This document shows, one piece after another, positions 1 to 8,296 of a stretch of DNA of 64,000 nucleotides. The notes below the pieces were generated by a model. That model made no database searches and had not been told where the DNA came from. It worked only from the letters and a program-made list of their open reading frames with translations. The DNA comes from Candidatus Berkelbacteria bacterium (lineage in GTDB: Bacteria; Patescibacteriota; UBA1384; XYA2-FULL-43-10; CAINNR01): contig JAPLVH010000006.1 in NCBI GenBank assembly GCA_026397205.1, positions 13,392-77,391 on the forward strand, read 5' to 3'. Each line of letters begins with the position of its first letter. The stretch's first letter is position 1. Made by a program: the position numbers and the translations under genes.

Positions 1-1292
1 CTTTTGATGATATTCACCATTTCTTGAAAAAAAATGGCGTCTATTACTGGTTATCGGAAAATTCCGACGCCGTCGGTGGCGGCGGCGATTATTATTCTCG
101 AACCGGCTCGCAAACCGACAGCACTTTTGTCATCAAATCGCTCCAGCTCGACAAAACCTTTACCAAGGGCTCGACAAATATGATTCAACAGACAACCGAT
201 TCTCACAACGATACTTTTGTCGTGGATACGACTGTCGGGACGAAAGTTGACGAAACAAAGTGGGGCGATCTCTATCTCTGGCAAAGCACAGAGATTACCA
301 AGTCGGTCGGCAACGCCAAGGTTGCGCTTTACTACATTCTCCGCAATGACGGAATTAGAATGATTTATTGGCCCGATCCAAGCTTTCGCGGTGATGACGG
401 CTCGCTGAACGCCGATTGGACAAACTCCGCCGGCCAGAGCGACAAGTTTTCCCAAATTTCCGTTTCCGGTTGCGGCGCAGTTGGTGGCACTTTTCCCTTG
501 ATTATTGACAACGCTTCTTTGCAGAGCAAAATCCAAATCGGCACCGCTGGAAATACCGGAATTTACACCTTTCCCTCAACTTCGACGATGGTTGATTTTG
601 GTTATCAAGTTTATTTGATGGATTTAAACCCGACCAAAGTTTCAAAGGAGACATTTGCTGGAAATCTCGGCATCATCGCGATTCAGGATGGCTATGGCAA
701 CTGGGCGGCATTTTTGAATGAGAATTATCGGCCACAGGCCGAGTGCGGCAAACCAGTAATTTATCTTTATCCGACAAAAAGGGAAAATGTTTCGGTCAAA
801 GTTGGTGCCGACATTAGAAAATCCGATCCGATCTATAACGGTGGCTGGAATGTTTTGGCCGATCCGACCGGCTCTCTAAATATCGCTGGCAAAATTTACG
901 ATTCGCTTTTTTGGGAAGGCACCGGCTGGGGAAAATATCCGGAGATAACTTCCGGCACGGTTGTAAAATCATCGGAGGTTTCGGCAACAATTTCAAATCA
1001 ATTATCATCAATGGGATTAAACAACAAAGAAATTTCTGATTTCAAAGATTTCTGGTTACCGAAGATGCCGGCAACACCGTATGTCCGGCTGACTTGGCTG
1101 ACAAATAACCAGATGAATATTTTGGCACCGCTCGCCGTGTCGCCGAAACCGGATTCGGAAATTCGGGTTTTCCTTGATTTTGAAGGACTCTCATCGCCGA
1201 TAAATATCACCCAACAAATTTTGCCAAAATACCAGCGCAGTGGATTTACTTTGGTTGAGTGGGGCGGACTTTTAAGAATCAAAAATAATTAA
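1..1292 (+). CDS. Hypothetical protein, probably 5'-partial; the frame is open back to the window edge. No recognisable domain; Gly/Thr/Ser-rich.
   Basis: Long ORF (tool start 24, TTG) with no in-frame stop upstream. Followed closely by the next gene. Confidence 0.45.
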   Translation, partial: FDDIHHFLKKNGVYYWLSENSDAVGGGGDYYSRTGSQTDSTFVIKSLQLDKTFTKGSTNMIQQTTDSHNDTFVVDTTVGTKVDETKWGDLYLWQSTEITKSVGNAKVALYYILRNDGIRMIYWPDPSFRGDDGSLNADWTNSAGQSDKFSQISVSGCGAVGGTFPLIIDNASLQSKIQIGTAGNTGIYTFPSTSTMVDFGYQVYLMDLNPTKVSKETFAGNLGIIAIQDGYGNWAAFLNENYRPQAECGKPVIYLYPTKRENVSVKVGADIRKSDPIYNGGWNVLADPTGSLNIAGKIYDSLFWEGTGWGKYPEITSGTVVKSSEVSATISNQLSSMGLNNKEISDFKDFWLPKMPATPYVRLTWLTNNQMNILAPLAVSPKPDSEIRVFLDFEGLSSPINITQQILPKYQRSGFTLVEWGGLLRIKNN

Positions 1293-1306
1293 TCGCGGAG
1301 GGTTTT

Positions 1307-1876
1307 ATGAAAACTTGGCTGAAGATTTTGATTACGGTGATTCTGACGACAGCGATTGTTGGCGGTGGGACATACTATTATATGTCTCGAAAAGCGACGA
1401 GGGACAAGAATAACTTGCAGACACAAATTGATGATTTGAATAAGCAGGTCGCGACGCTAAAAACCGCGACAACGGCGGCAACACCGGCGACGGTTGCCGA
1501 TGCTTGGAAAAATTATGCAAACACGACTTACGGTTTTACTTTGACTTTTAATGATTTGTGGAAAGGCGCCACAATCATTTCCGGGACGAAAACTGATCCC
1601 AATGCTGTTGATGAACTTTATCTTTGGGTCCCGACAACCGATAAAACTTGGCAGACAACAAAAGCCGGCTATTGGTATCCAATAATAATTTCTGTCTACA
1701 CGCCGGACAATTGGAACACAGTTCAAAATCAGGCAATCGAAGGTGCACCGACTTTTCTCGGTCAGACCGCAAGTTATGTTTTTGGCTATAATCAGTCGCA
1801 AGCCGACCCGAAAGACGGTGCAGCCATTTTCGCCAACATCACAGCATTAATGAAAACCTTTGTCTTGACGAAGTAA
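1307..1876 (+). CDS. Hypothetical membrane-anchored protein (N-terminal TM helix, coiled-coil-like segment).
   Basis: 189-aa ORF. RBS-like GGAGGG 8 nt upstream of ATG. Hydrophobic N-terminus 'ILITVILTTAIVGGG'. Rho-independent terminator immediately downstream. Confidence 0.5.
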   Translation: MKTWLKILITVILTTAIVGGGTYYYMSRKATRDKNNLQTQIDDLNKQVATLKTATTAATPATVADAWKNYANTTYGFTLTFNDLWKGATIISGTKTDPNAVDELYLWVPTTDKTWQTTKAGYWYPIIISVYTPDNWNTVQNQAIEGAPTFLGQTASYVFGYNQSQADPKDGAAIFANITALMKTFVLTK

Positions 1877-1895
1877 AAACAGAGTGACGAAAAAA

Positions 1896-1929
1896 ATCAA
1901 TCCTATCAAAAGTGGGATTGATTTTTTTG
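1896..1929 (+). terminator. Rho-independent terminator
   Basis: Stem ATCAATCC / GGATTGAT with an 11-nt loop, followed by TTTTTTT. Confidence 0.6.
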
Positions 1930-2041
1930 ATGTCTTCGTTTATCGTTAAGAAGTAGGGAGGCGGCTCTCTGTTTTTCGTCTCATCCATTGTTTTATTTGT
2001 AATTTCGTTCTTGGTATTATTCGTAAATTTGTAGGGACTAA

Positions 2042-3100
2042 ATGAAATCACCGCTTTCTTTCATCTTCAACCGATTTTCCCACGACATTGGGATTGATTT
2101 GGGTACCGCCAACTCTTTGGTTTATGTCTCCGGCCGCGGCATTGTCATCTCCGAGCCGTCGGTTGTCGCCATCAATAAAAAAACCAAGGAGATTTTGGCG
2201 ATCGGCGAAGAAGCCAAGCGGATGGTCGGCCGAACACCGGCCCACATTGTCGCCGTCCGGCCGTTGGTTGACGGCGTCATCTCCAATTTTGAAGTCACTG
2301 AGCAGATGCTCCGATATTATTTTGATAAAGTTCAACGAGAAAAATTTTCCCTTTTTCCACATCCGCGAGTCATCATTGGAATTCCTTACGGCGTAACCGA
2401 AGTAGAAAAACGAGCGGTTGAAGAGGGCGCAATCGCCGCCGGCGCCCGGGAAATTTATCTGATTGAGGAGCCAATCGCCGCGGCGATTGGCGCCCGTCTA
2501 CCGGTTCAGGACCCGGCTGGCTCAATGATTGTTGATATCGGCGGTGGCACGACTGAGGTGGCAATTATGTCGCTCGGCGGAATTGTTTCATCAAGATCTT
2601 TGCGGATTGCTGGCGATGAGATGAATCAAGATATTATTCAATATGCCAGGGACGAATTTAATTTGCTCCTCGGCGAACGAACGGCGGAGGAGATCAAAAT
2701 TAAAGTCGGCGCAGCGATACCGATAAAGGAGAAATTGGAAACACCGATGCGCGGCCGTGATTTGGTCTCCGGTCTACCGAAAGAAATTATCGTTGACTCG
2801 GCGCAAATTAGCCAAGCAATTTCCAAGTCGGTTTCGGCAATAATTGATGCGGTCAAGGTGACAATGGAGGAGTCGCCACCCGAACTTTTGGCTGATATCA
2901 TGGACCGGGGTATCATGCTCGCTGGTGGTGGAGCGCTTTTGCGCGGTCTCGACATACTGATTGCCGCCGAAACCCGGACCATCGTCCACATTGCCGATGA
3001 TCCACTAACCTGCGTCGTTCGTGGCACCGGAATTGTTTTGGAGGATATTGATATGCTTTCTGGAGTGCTGGTGCCAAATAAGTTTAAAAAAAGAATGTGA
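2042..3100 (+). CDS. mreB: Rod shape-determining protein MreB (actin-like ATPase)
   Basis: N-terminal 'IGIDLGTANSLVYV', 'DIGGGTTEVAI', 'GGGALLRGLD' actin/MreB motifs. 352 aa. Followed by mreC/mreD/PBP2. Confidence 0.9.
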   Translation: MKSPLSFIFNRFSHDIGIDLGTANSLVYVSGRGIVISEPSVVAINKKTKEILAIGEEAKRMVGRTPAHIVAVRPLVDGVISNFEVTEQMLRYYFDKVQREKFSLFPHPRVIIGIPYGVTEVEKRAVEEGAIAAGAREIYLIEEPIAAAIGARLPVQDPAGSMIVDIGGGTTEVAIMSLGGIVSSRSLRIAGDEMNQDIIQYARDEFNLLLGERTAEEIKIKVGAAIPIKEKLETPMRGRDLVSGLPKEIIVDSAQISQAISKSVSAIIDAVKVTMEESPPELLADIMDRGIMLAGGGALLRGLDILIAAETRTIVHIADDPLTCVVRGTGIVLEDIDMLSGVLVPNKFKKRM

Positions 3101-3108
3101 AAAGGAAA

Positions 3109-3267
3109 GCTCTAAATTCTAAATCCTAAGCTCTAAACAAATAAAACCAATGTTAAAAATTTCAAATAAATCCAAAGCTAAAACCGGAAAATTTTTATTT
3201 GACATTATTTGATTTTCATTTGAGTTTTGCATTTATTTGTTTAGAATTTAGAGCTTAGAGTTTAGTG
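3109..3267. repeat. Inverted tandem-heptamer arrays with an ~85-nt central region in the mreB-mreC spacer. Same architecture as the heptamer-array mini-elements elsewhere in the window.
   Basis: Left arm 3109-3145: 'gctctaa attctaa atcctaa gctctaa acaaataaa', four tandem heptamers NYTCTAA. Right arm 3232-3267: 'tttatttg ttagaat ttagagc ttagagt ttagtg'. The central region contains 'atttgacattatttg...gcatttattt', a motif that also occurs at 25.66, 25.80 and 54.93 kb. Confidence 0.6.
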
Positions 3268-4077
3268 TTTTTCATTATGTCCCCAAAACCCAACTCCTCA
3301 ATTTGTATATTAATCATCCTCGTCCTGACGATCTTTTTTCTCATCCCCTCGACTTTGAATCGCAAAGTTTCCGCCGGCATTTCCAGTTTTTTTCGACCGG
3401 TTTCCCGTTCGCTAGTTCACGCTGGCAAAAAAATTGCCAGCGGATTTTCCTTTATTTCGGAAATTTCCGACCTCCGGTCAAAAAATAATCAGCTGACCGC
3501 CGACTTAATCGCCGCCAAAGTTTACAACTCGAAATTGCAGGAATCAGAGTCAGAAAATGCCGGCCTATTAAAACAGCTCGATTATAAAAACGATAATCAA
3601 AATCAAAATCTGGTTCTGGCCGAGGTTGTCGAGCTCGATCCGACAAATTTTTATGACACAATTTCGATTGATCGCGGTACTGCTGACGGAGTTAAGCCGG
3701 GAATGGCCGTCGTCTCTCTCGGGGTTCTCGTTGGTAAAATTGACCAGGTTTTCCCAACTTCGGCAAAGGTGATTTTGATTACCGGCAAAGATTCGATCGT
3801 TCAGGTGATGCTCGGCGAGTCGAGGACAACCGGAATTCTGCGTGGCGGGATCTCCGGCATGACGCTGGAGGACATTCCGATTGATACTCCGGTTGCCGAC
3901 AACGAAAATATTATTACCTCCGGCCTTGGCGGCTTTCTGCCGAAGGGAATTTTTGTCGGCAATGCCGACAAGGAGATTTCCGGCAAATCGGACATTTTCA
4001 AAACACTAAAAGTCATTTCACCGATTGATTTTTCCAAGTTGGAAAGGGTTTTTGTGGTCATAGAAGGAACGACATAA
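3265..4077 (+). CDS. mreC: Rod shape-determining protein MreC. The tool start is GTG at 3265; the ATG at 3277 is also possible.
   Basis: N-terminal TM helix, coiled-coil segment, C-terminal beta domains with 'GMAVVSLGVLVGKIDQV...VILITGKDS' typical of MreC. Position between mreB and mreD. Confidence 0.75.
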   Translation: MFFIMSPKPNSSICILIILVLTIFFLIPSTLNRKVSAGISSFFRPVSRSLVHAGKKIASGFSFISEISDLRSKNNQLTADLIAAKVYNSKLQESESENAGLLKQLDYKNDNQNQNLVLAEVVELDPTNFYDTISIDRGTADGVKPGMAVVSLGVLVGKIDQVFPTSAKVILITGKDSIVQVMLGESRTTGILRGGISGMTLEDIPIDTPVADNENIITSGLGGFLPKGIFVGNADKEISGKSDIFKTLKVISPIDFSKLERVFVVIEGTT

Positions 4078-4087
4078 CTACAAGTTT

Positions 4088-4109
4088 CTTAAGTGACTTA
4101 AGTGACTTA
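4088..4109. repeat. Operon-junction palindrome CTTAAGTGACTTAAG (two overlapping copies) 6 nt upstream of the mreD ATG.
   Basis: 'cttaagtgacttaagtgactta'. No Shine-Dalgarno between it and the ATG at 4115. The same palindrome recurs at 10.87, 13.90, 25.29 and 58.07 kb. Confidence 0.6.
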
Positions 4110-4114
4110 TAATT

Positions 4115-4618
4115 ATGTATCCATTTTTATTTTTCCTTGCCATCTTTTCCACACTACTCCAAACAACTTTGCTGCCATCGCTTTCAATTTACGGCGGAGT
4201 TTTTGAACTTTCACTGATCCTAGCATTGCTACTAATTTTCGGCGGCAATTTCCGCCAAGCGGCATTTTTTTCTTTGGCATCGGCACTTTTTTTGGCCCTT
4301 TTTTCCGGCGAAAGTTTCGGGATATTTTTACTGCCAATAATCGTTGTACTTGCCTGTCTCTATCTTTTTCACTACCGGCGAATCATCACCGGCCCAAGCA
4401 TTTATCTTTCAATCCCCTTTTTTTTCTTTGCTGTTGCCGTCGCCGAGATTGTTGAAATGCTCCTAGCAAAGCAATCGTCGCTGTCGTCGCTCCGACAAAT
4501 CGTCGCCTCCGGAGTTATTTCAACGGTTCTTGGCAGCATTCTCTATTACTTTCAGCGAAAAATCCAGCGATATTTGAATCCGCAAGTCGAACCGATTAGA
4601 GCAATTAATAGGAGCTAG
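4115..4618 (+). CDS. mreD: Rod shape-determining protein MreD (polytopic membrane protein)
   Basis: 167 aa, about five hydrophobic helices. Located between mreC and PBP2 as in the canonical mreBCD-mrdA arrangement. Confidence 0.55.
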   Translation: MYPFLFFLAIFSTLLQTTLLPSLSIYGGVFELSLILALLLIFGGNFRQAAFFSLASALFLALFSGESFGIFLLPIIVVLACLYLFHYRRIITGPSIYLSIPFFFFAVAVAEIVEMLLAKQSSLSSLRQIVASGVISTVLGSILYYFQRKIQRYLNPQVEPIRAINRS

Positions 4619-4620
4619 CA

Positions 4621-6552
4621 ATGGATTTTTTGGGCAACTTTTCCCGTCTTCCGGGCGACAGAAAAAAGCGCCAAGTCGAAGCAAGCGATGACGCTGATTT
4701 TCAATATCAAGATCTGACGCTTGAAGCCCAGGCAAAAATTTCTGATGAAGAAAATCAGCGAAGGCCGTTTCCGGTTTTGAAACTGATAATTTTCCTTCTT
4801 TTCGCTCTGCTTTTGACCCGGATTTTTTATCTTCAGGTTGTCGGCGCCGAAAAAAATCTCAATTTGGCCGTGGGAAACAGCGTTCGCCCGCGTGCGATAA
4901 TCTCCGGCCGTGGCGTCATCAGTGATGTAAACGGAGTTTGGCTGGCGCGCGATGTCCCGAGTTTTGTCCTTGGCGTTTATCCCTCCGACCTGCCGAAAAA
5001 AACTTCCGACCGCGAAGCCGAATACCAGAAGCTGGCGGCTTTGTCCGGCGTTTCCGCCGACGAGATTCGCCGTCGGGTTGATGCCTCCGGACTAACCTCA
5101 ATTCAATTGGAGATTATCAAGCCCGACCTTGGGCGCGAGGAGTCGCTGATTTTACAGGAGTCAACTTCCGGCATGCCGGGCGTTACCGTCTCCGCTCAAT
5201 CAATGCGCCAATATAAAAACGACTCCGGTTTGGCGGAAATTTTGGGCTACACCGGGCTGATTTCCACCGACGAACTTTCGACCGACCCCAATTATCTGAT
5301 GAACGAATACACCGGCAAGGCCGGACTGGAAAAAAGTTATCAGGGTGATTTGCGCGGGACACCGGGAATCGAAAAAGTCGAGGTTAATTCTCACGGCAAA
5401 GTTGCCCAAACTTTGAGCGATTCGTCAAACAAACTTCCAGTTGCCGGGAATAATTTGACTCTAAATATTGATTACAACTTGCAAAAAGTTATGTCCGACC
5501 AGCTGGCGGCCGGCATCGCCGGCTCGGGCACCGGCTCAACCGCCGGCACCGTTGTCGCGATGAATCCGCAAACCGGCGCTGTTTTGGGTATGGTGTCGCT
5601 CCCAAGTTATGACAATAATATCTTTGCTGGCAAAGTTGATTCAAGTGAATATCAGAAACTTTTAGCTGACCCAAACTTTCCGCTCCTAAATCGGGCAACA
5701 ATGGGAATTTATCCTTCGGGCTCAATAATTAAAATCGTTATGGCCGCCGCCGGCATTGACGCCGGCGTCATCACGCCATCAACAGCGATCGAAACGCCGG
5801 CGGAAATTGACATCGGCGATTACAAATTTCCCGACTGGAAATATCACACCGGCCTGACCGATGTCGAGCGGGCAATCGCCGAATCGAATGATATTTTTTT
5901 CTACGCCGTCGCCGGCGGTTATGACAAAATCAAAGGACTCGGCATTAGATTGATTGATAACTATCTCTCGCTTTTTGGTTTCGGCGAGAAAACCGGCATT
6001 GATCTGCCATCGGAGGCCGCCGGCTTGGTGCCGACGCCGGAGTGGAAGGAAAAAGTTCGCGGCGAACCGTGGTATCTCGGCGACAGCTACCACCTCGGCA
6101 TCGGCCAGGGCGACTTTTTGATCACGCCACTGCAAATGGTTCGGGCGGTTTGCGCCATCGCCAACGGCGGAAAATTAGTTGTGCCAGAGTTAGTAAAAAA
6201 TATCACCGACCAGAGCGAAAAAATTGTCCAAACGATGTCGCCAAAAACCCTGCGACAAAATTTTGTTTCGGCCGAAGCGATTGCAACATCGCAAGCCGGA
6301 ATGCGGCAAGCAGTGACTTCGGCATCCGGCTCCGGCCGACTTTTACAGAATTTACCGGTAACTTCGGCGGCAAAAACCGGCACTGCTCAATTTATGAACA
6401 ACCAAAAAGAGCACGCTTGGTTTGAGGCCTACGCGCCATACGAAAATCCGCAAATTGCCATTGTTGTGATGATTGAAGGCGGCGGCGAAGGTTATACCGC
6501 CGCCGGCCCTGTCGCTGATAATATTTTGCAGTACTATTTTTCCCAAAGGTAA
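4621..6552 (+). CDS. mrdA: Penicillin-binding protein 2 (peptidoglycan D,D-transpeptidase MrdA)
   Basis: N-terminal TM anchor; transpeptidase motifs SxxK ('SGSIIK'), SxN-like and 'KTGTAQ'. AGGAG RBS 7 nt before the ATG. Confidence 0.85.
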   Translation: MDFLGNFSRLPGDRKKRQVEASDDADFQYQDLTLEAQAKISDEENQRRPFPVLKLIIFLLFALLLTRIFYLQVVGAEKNLNLAVGNSVRPRAIISGRGVISDVNGVWLARDVPSFVLGVYPSDLPKKTSDREAEYQKLAALSGVSADEIRRRVDASGLTSIQLEIIKPDLGREESLILQESTSGMPGVTVSAQSMRQYKNDSGLAEILGYTGLISTDELSTDPNYLMNEYTGKAGLEKSYQGDLRGTPGIEKVEVNSHGKVAQTLSDSSNKLPVAGNNLTLNIDYNLQKVMSDQLAAGIAGSGTGSTAGTVVAMNPQTGAVLGMVSLPSYDNNIFAGKVDSSEYQKLLADPNFPLLNRATMGIYPSGSIIKIVMAAAGIDAGVITPSTAIETPAEIDIGDYKFPDWKYHTGLTDVERAIAESNDIFFYAVAGGYDKIKGLGIRLIDNYLSLFGFGEKTGIDLPSEAAGLVPTPEWKEKVRGEPWYLGDSYHLGIGQGDFLITPLQMVRAVCAIANGGKLVVPELVKNITDQSEKIVQTMSPKTLRQNFVSAEAIATSQAGMRQAVTSASGSGRLLQNLPVTSAAKTGTAQFMNNQKEHAWFEAYAPYENPQIAIVVMIEGGGEGYTAAGPVADNILQYYFSQR

Positions 6553-6558
6553 TTTTAT

Positions 6559-6601
6559 GTCATTGCGAGAAGTCAAGCAGTCGGCAAACGACGAAGCAAT
6601 C
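6559..6601. repeat. Partial copy of the GTCATTGCGAG...CGAAGCAATC palindromic repeat (left half only)
   Basis: 'gtcattgcgag-N22-cgaagcaatc'. Full copies are at 19084-19154 and 21602-21664. Confidence 0.5.
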
Positions 6602-6892
6602 TTGTTTTTGTCTGGCGGTTTTATTCCCTCCGACGCTCTGATCGGAATCCCAACATTCGCCGGCTGGCGAATCGTCGGGGCGTGTCAAAATCCATGTGCT
6701 TGCATTTTTTCCTTGACTTTTATTTCGCCATTTGATAAATTGATTTTGTTGTTCCAATCCGAAGGGAGCTGGTTGAAGATGCCGGCACGAAAAGTCAGAG
6801 TCAAAAAATAAAAGTCACCGGAGGATTCGACACCGAATTCGTTCAAGAACCGGCCAAAGGCCGAAGGTTCGTATCTTTGGCTAAAAATTCTA

Positions 6893-7087
6893 TTGGCGAT
6901 ATTGATTATTTCATTTGTTGTCGGAGTTTTGGCCGCGATTTATTATGCCGTGATTGCACCACAAAACGCGGCGAGAAATTTCCGTGAAAATCAAAAAACA
7001 ACTTCGAGTTTGTATACTCCCTCTCCGGCCGAAACTGGTCGGAATTTTTGTCTCAAATTTTGGCAAGAAAAACCGGGGAATTTTTAA
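6893..7087 (+). CDS. Possible small membrane protein (64 aa, TTG start). Weak call.
   Basis: One TM helix, 'ILIISFVVGVLAAIYYAVIA'. No ATG start. The stop lies inside a palindrome/terminator. Could be non-coding. Confidence 0.2.
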   Translation: MAILIISFVVGVLAAIYYAVIAPQNAARNFRENQKTTSSLYTPSPAETGRNFCLKFWQEKPGNF

Positions 7088-7180
7088 GCTCCAGCTTAAA
7101 AATTCCCCAAAATGCTTTTTATTTTCTGAATTTCGTGCTTATAATTCGGGAAAAATTAAGCTCCAGCTTATTTTTTCCCG
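7075..7180. repeat. Two tandem, near-identical 34-bp palindromes sharing the core TAAGCTCCAGCTTA. The first is followed by a T-rich tract and may act as a plus-strand terminator.
   Basis: 7075-7108 'ggggaatttttaagctCCagcttaaaaattcccc' is a perfect 16+2+16 palindrome. 7147-7180 'cgggaaaaattaagctCCagcttattttttcccg' has one mismatch. Confidence 0.6.
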
Positions 7181-7198
7181 AAAACAAATTCCAGAAAA

Positions 7199-7228
7199 AA
7201 AATCAAGCCCGGGATTTGGGCTTGTGGG
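7199..7228 (-). terminator. Rho-independent terminator of the minus-strand small-protein gene
   Basis: Minus-strand reading is 'caagcccaaatcccgggcttg' + TTTTTTTT. The stop codon lies at the stem base. Confidence 0.6.
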
Positions 7229-7394
7229 TTTGGGATTTTCGCGTTTTTGGTTTTGAATCCGGATCTGGATGCGTCATTGCGGAACGAATTTGAGTCATTC
7301 GAGCAATTGCTGATTCGTCAAGTTTCATTGCGTCTGAAGGAATTCTTCTGCCAAGGGGAATAACAATAACGGGACCGTCATTTTTCTTCCTCAT
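7203..7394 (-). CDS. Small basic protein (63 aa), unknown function. A complete mono-cistronic unit with promoter, strong RBS and terminator.
   Basis: GGAGGTG 8 nt upstream of the ATG. Divergent promoter TTGAAA-17-TATACT. Terminator at the stop. C-terminus is Lys/Arg/Pro-rich. Confidence 0.5.
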   Translation of the reverse strand: MRKKNDGPVIVIPLGRRIPSDAMKLDESAIARMTQIRSAMTHPDPDSKPKTRKSQTHKPKSRA

Positions 7395-7417
7395 TTCGGT
7401 GACACCTCCATAATTTC

Positions 7418-7446
7418 AGTATAACCTCTTGACAAGATTTTTTCAA
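7418..7446 (-). promoter_or_regulatory. Sigma70-type promoter for the small basic protein gene (minus strand)
   Basis: On the minus strand: TTGAAA (7441-7446), a 17-nt spacer, TATACT (7418-7423). Confidence 0.5.
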
Positions 7447-7457
7447 TCGGCTAAAAT
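7429..7457 (+). promoter_or_regulatory. Sigma70-type promoter for greA. Its -35 abuts the -35 of the divergent minus-strand promoter.
   Basis: TTGACA (7429-7434), a 17-nt spacer, TAAAAT (7452-7457). GGGAG RBS before the greA ATG at 7550. Confidence 0.6.
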
Positions 7458-7549
7458 TACAATATAGTTTAAAAATTAAAAACTGGGCTAGGACATATCC
7501 TCTAAAAAGGGATTTATTTTTTTAGAGCCCGATCAATTAGGGAGAAATT

Positions 7550-8011
7550 ATGATCGAGGAAATTATTCTGACGGCTAGTGGTCGAGCAAAACTTGAAGCC
7601 GAACTAACGAAACTCAAAAATGAGGATTTGAAGGAAGTTGCCGAGCAAATTAAATCCGCCCGGGAACTTGGTGATCTTTCGGAAAATGCCGATTATCATC
7701 AGGCGCGTGAAAAGCAGGCATTTGTTGCCGGCCGAATTGAGGAGATCGAGTGGAAACTTTCGCACGCCCGAATGGCAGAAAAATCAAACGGTTGTAATGT
7801 CGTCGCCATCGGTTGCCGAGCGGTTTTGAAGTCAAGTGACGGAAACGAAAATTATGAAATTGTTGGCGCCACTGAAGCCGATCCAGCAGTTGGAAAAATC
7901 TCCGTTTCCTCGCCGATTGCCAAAGCGATTCTGGGCCACAAAGTCGGCGACAAAGTTGCGGCCGAAACTCCGGTCGGCGAAATTAAATATGAAATTAAAT
8001 CAATAGAATAA
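7550..8011 (+). CDS. greA: Transcription elongation factor GreA
   Basis: 'DLSENADYHQAREKQAFVAGRIEEIE' matches the GreA coiled-coil consensus. 153 aa; C-terminal FKBP-like domain. Confidence 0.9.
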   Translation: MIEEIILTASGRAKLEAELTKLKNEDLKEVAEQIKSARELGDLSENADYHQAREKQAFVAGRIEEIEWKLSHARMAEKSNGCNVVAIGCRAVLKSSDGNENYEIVGATEADPAVGKISVSSPIAKAILGHKVGDKVAAETPVGEIKYEIKSIE

Positions 8012-8018
8012 GCCGATA

Positions 8019-8043
8019 AGTCGTAAGCTTGTAAGCTGTAAGC
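8019..8043. repeat. (TGTAAGC)n tandem heptamer tract just after the greA stop
   Basis: 'cgtaagcttgtaagctgtaagc'. The same heptamer occurs inside ksgA (21181-21203) and, reverse-complemented, in iscU (10701-10730). Confidence 0.5.
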
Positions 8044-8071
8044 AAAAAACCATCCGGAAAGGGTGGTTTTT
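8044..8071 (+). terminator. Rho-independent terminator of greA
   Basis: Stem AACCATCC / GGGTGGTT (one G-U pair), loop ggaaa, then TTTTT. Confidence 0.6.
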
Positions 8072-8296
8072 CGAAAGAAAAAAGACGCGAGTTACCGCGT
8101 CAAGGTTCGGGGTCTAGTTGTTGATAGTGGAGAAAGTAAATTGCGATTTTGGTTTCGAAACGCCGGCGGCAAATCCGGAAGCGAATTTCGTTTCATATTT
8201 CGGAAGTTATTGGTGTCTTTCAGCTTCATGTCAGCCCTCCGATAGTCAGAATCTATTTTTATCCTAGCAAAAAAATCCTTTTGGGGCAAGAGAAAA

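Noticed and set aside
2088-2396. Numerous 60-130-aa ORFs on the opposite strand or in alternative frames of mreB, mrdA, metG, the helicase, the GT genes and others, as listed in the six-frame track
   Set aside because: They are embedded inside well-supported longer genes and lack RBS or promoter signals. They also have skewed, Arg/Pro-rich compositions typical of antisense or off-frame translation.
6821-6880. tmRNA or tRNA-like sequence ('GGATTCGAC...GGTTCGTATC')
   Set aside because: There is no acceptor stem, no T-loop consensus (GTTCRANYC) in proper context and no tag-peptide reading frame. It is too short and is isolated similarity only.
7230-7400. Non-coding RNA (SRP/6S-like) on the minus strand between promoter and terminator
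   Set aside because: The transcript contains a strong GGAGGTG RBS correctly spaced from an ATG. The 63-codon ORF runs exactly to the terminator, and I could find no SRP, tmRNA or RNase P consensus motifs. A small protein gene is the simpler reading.
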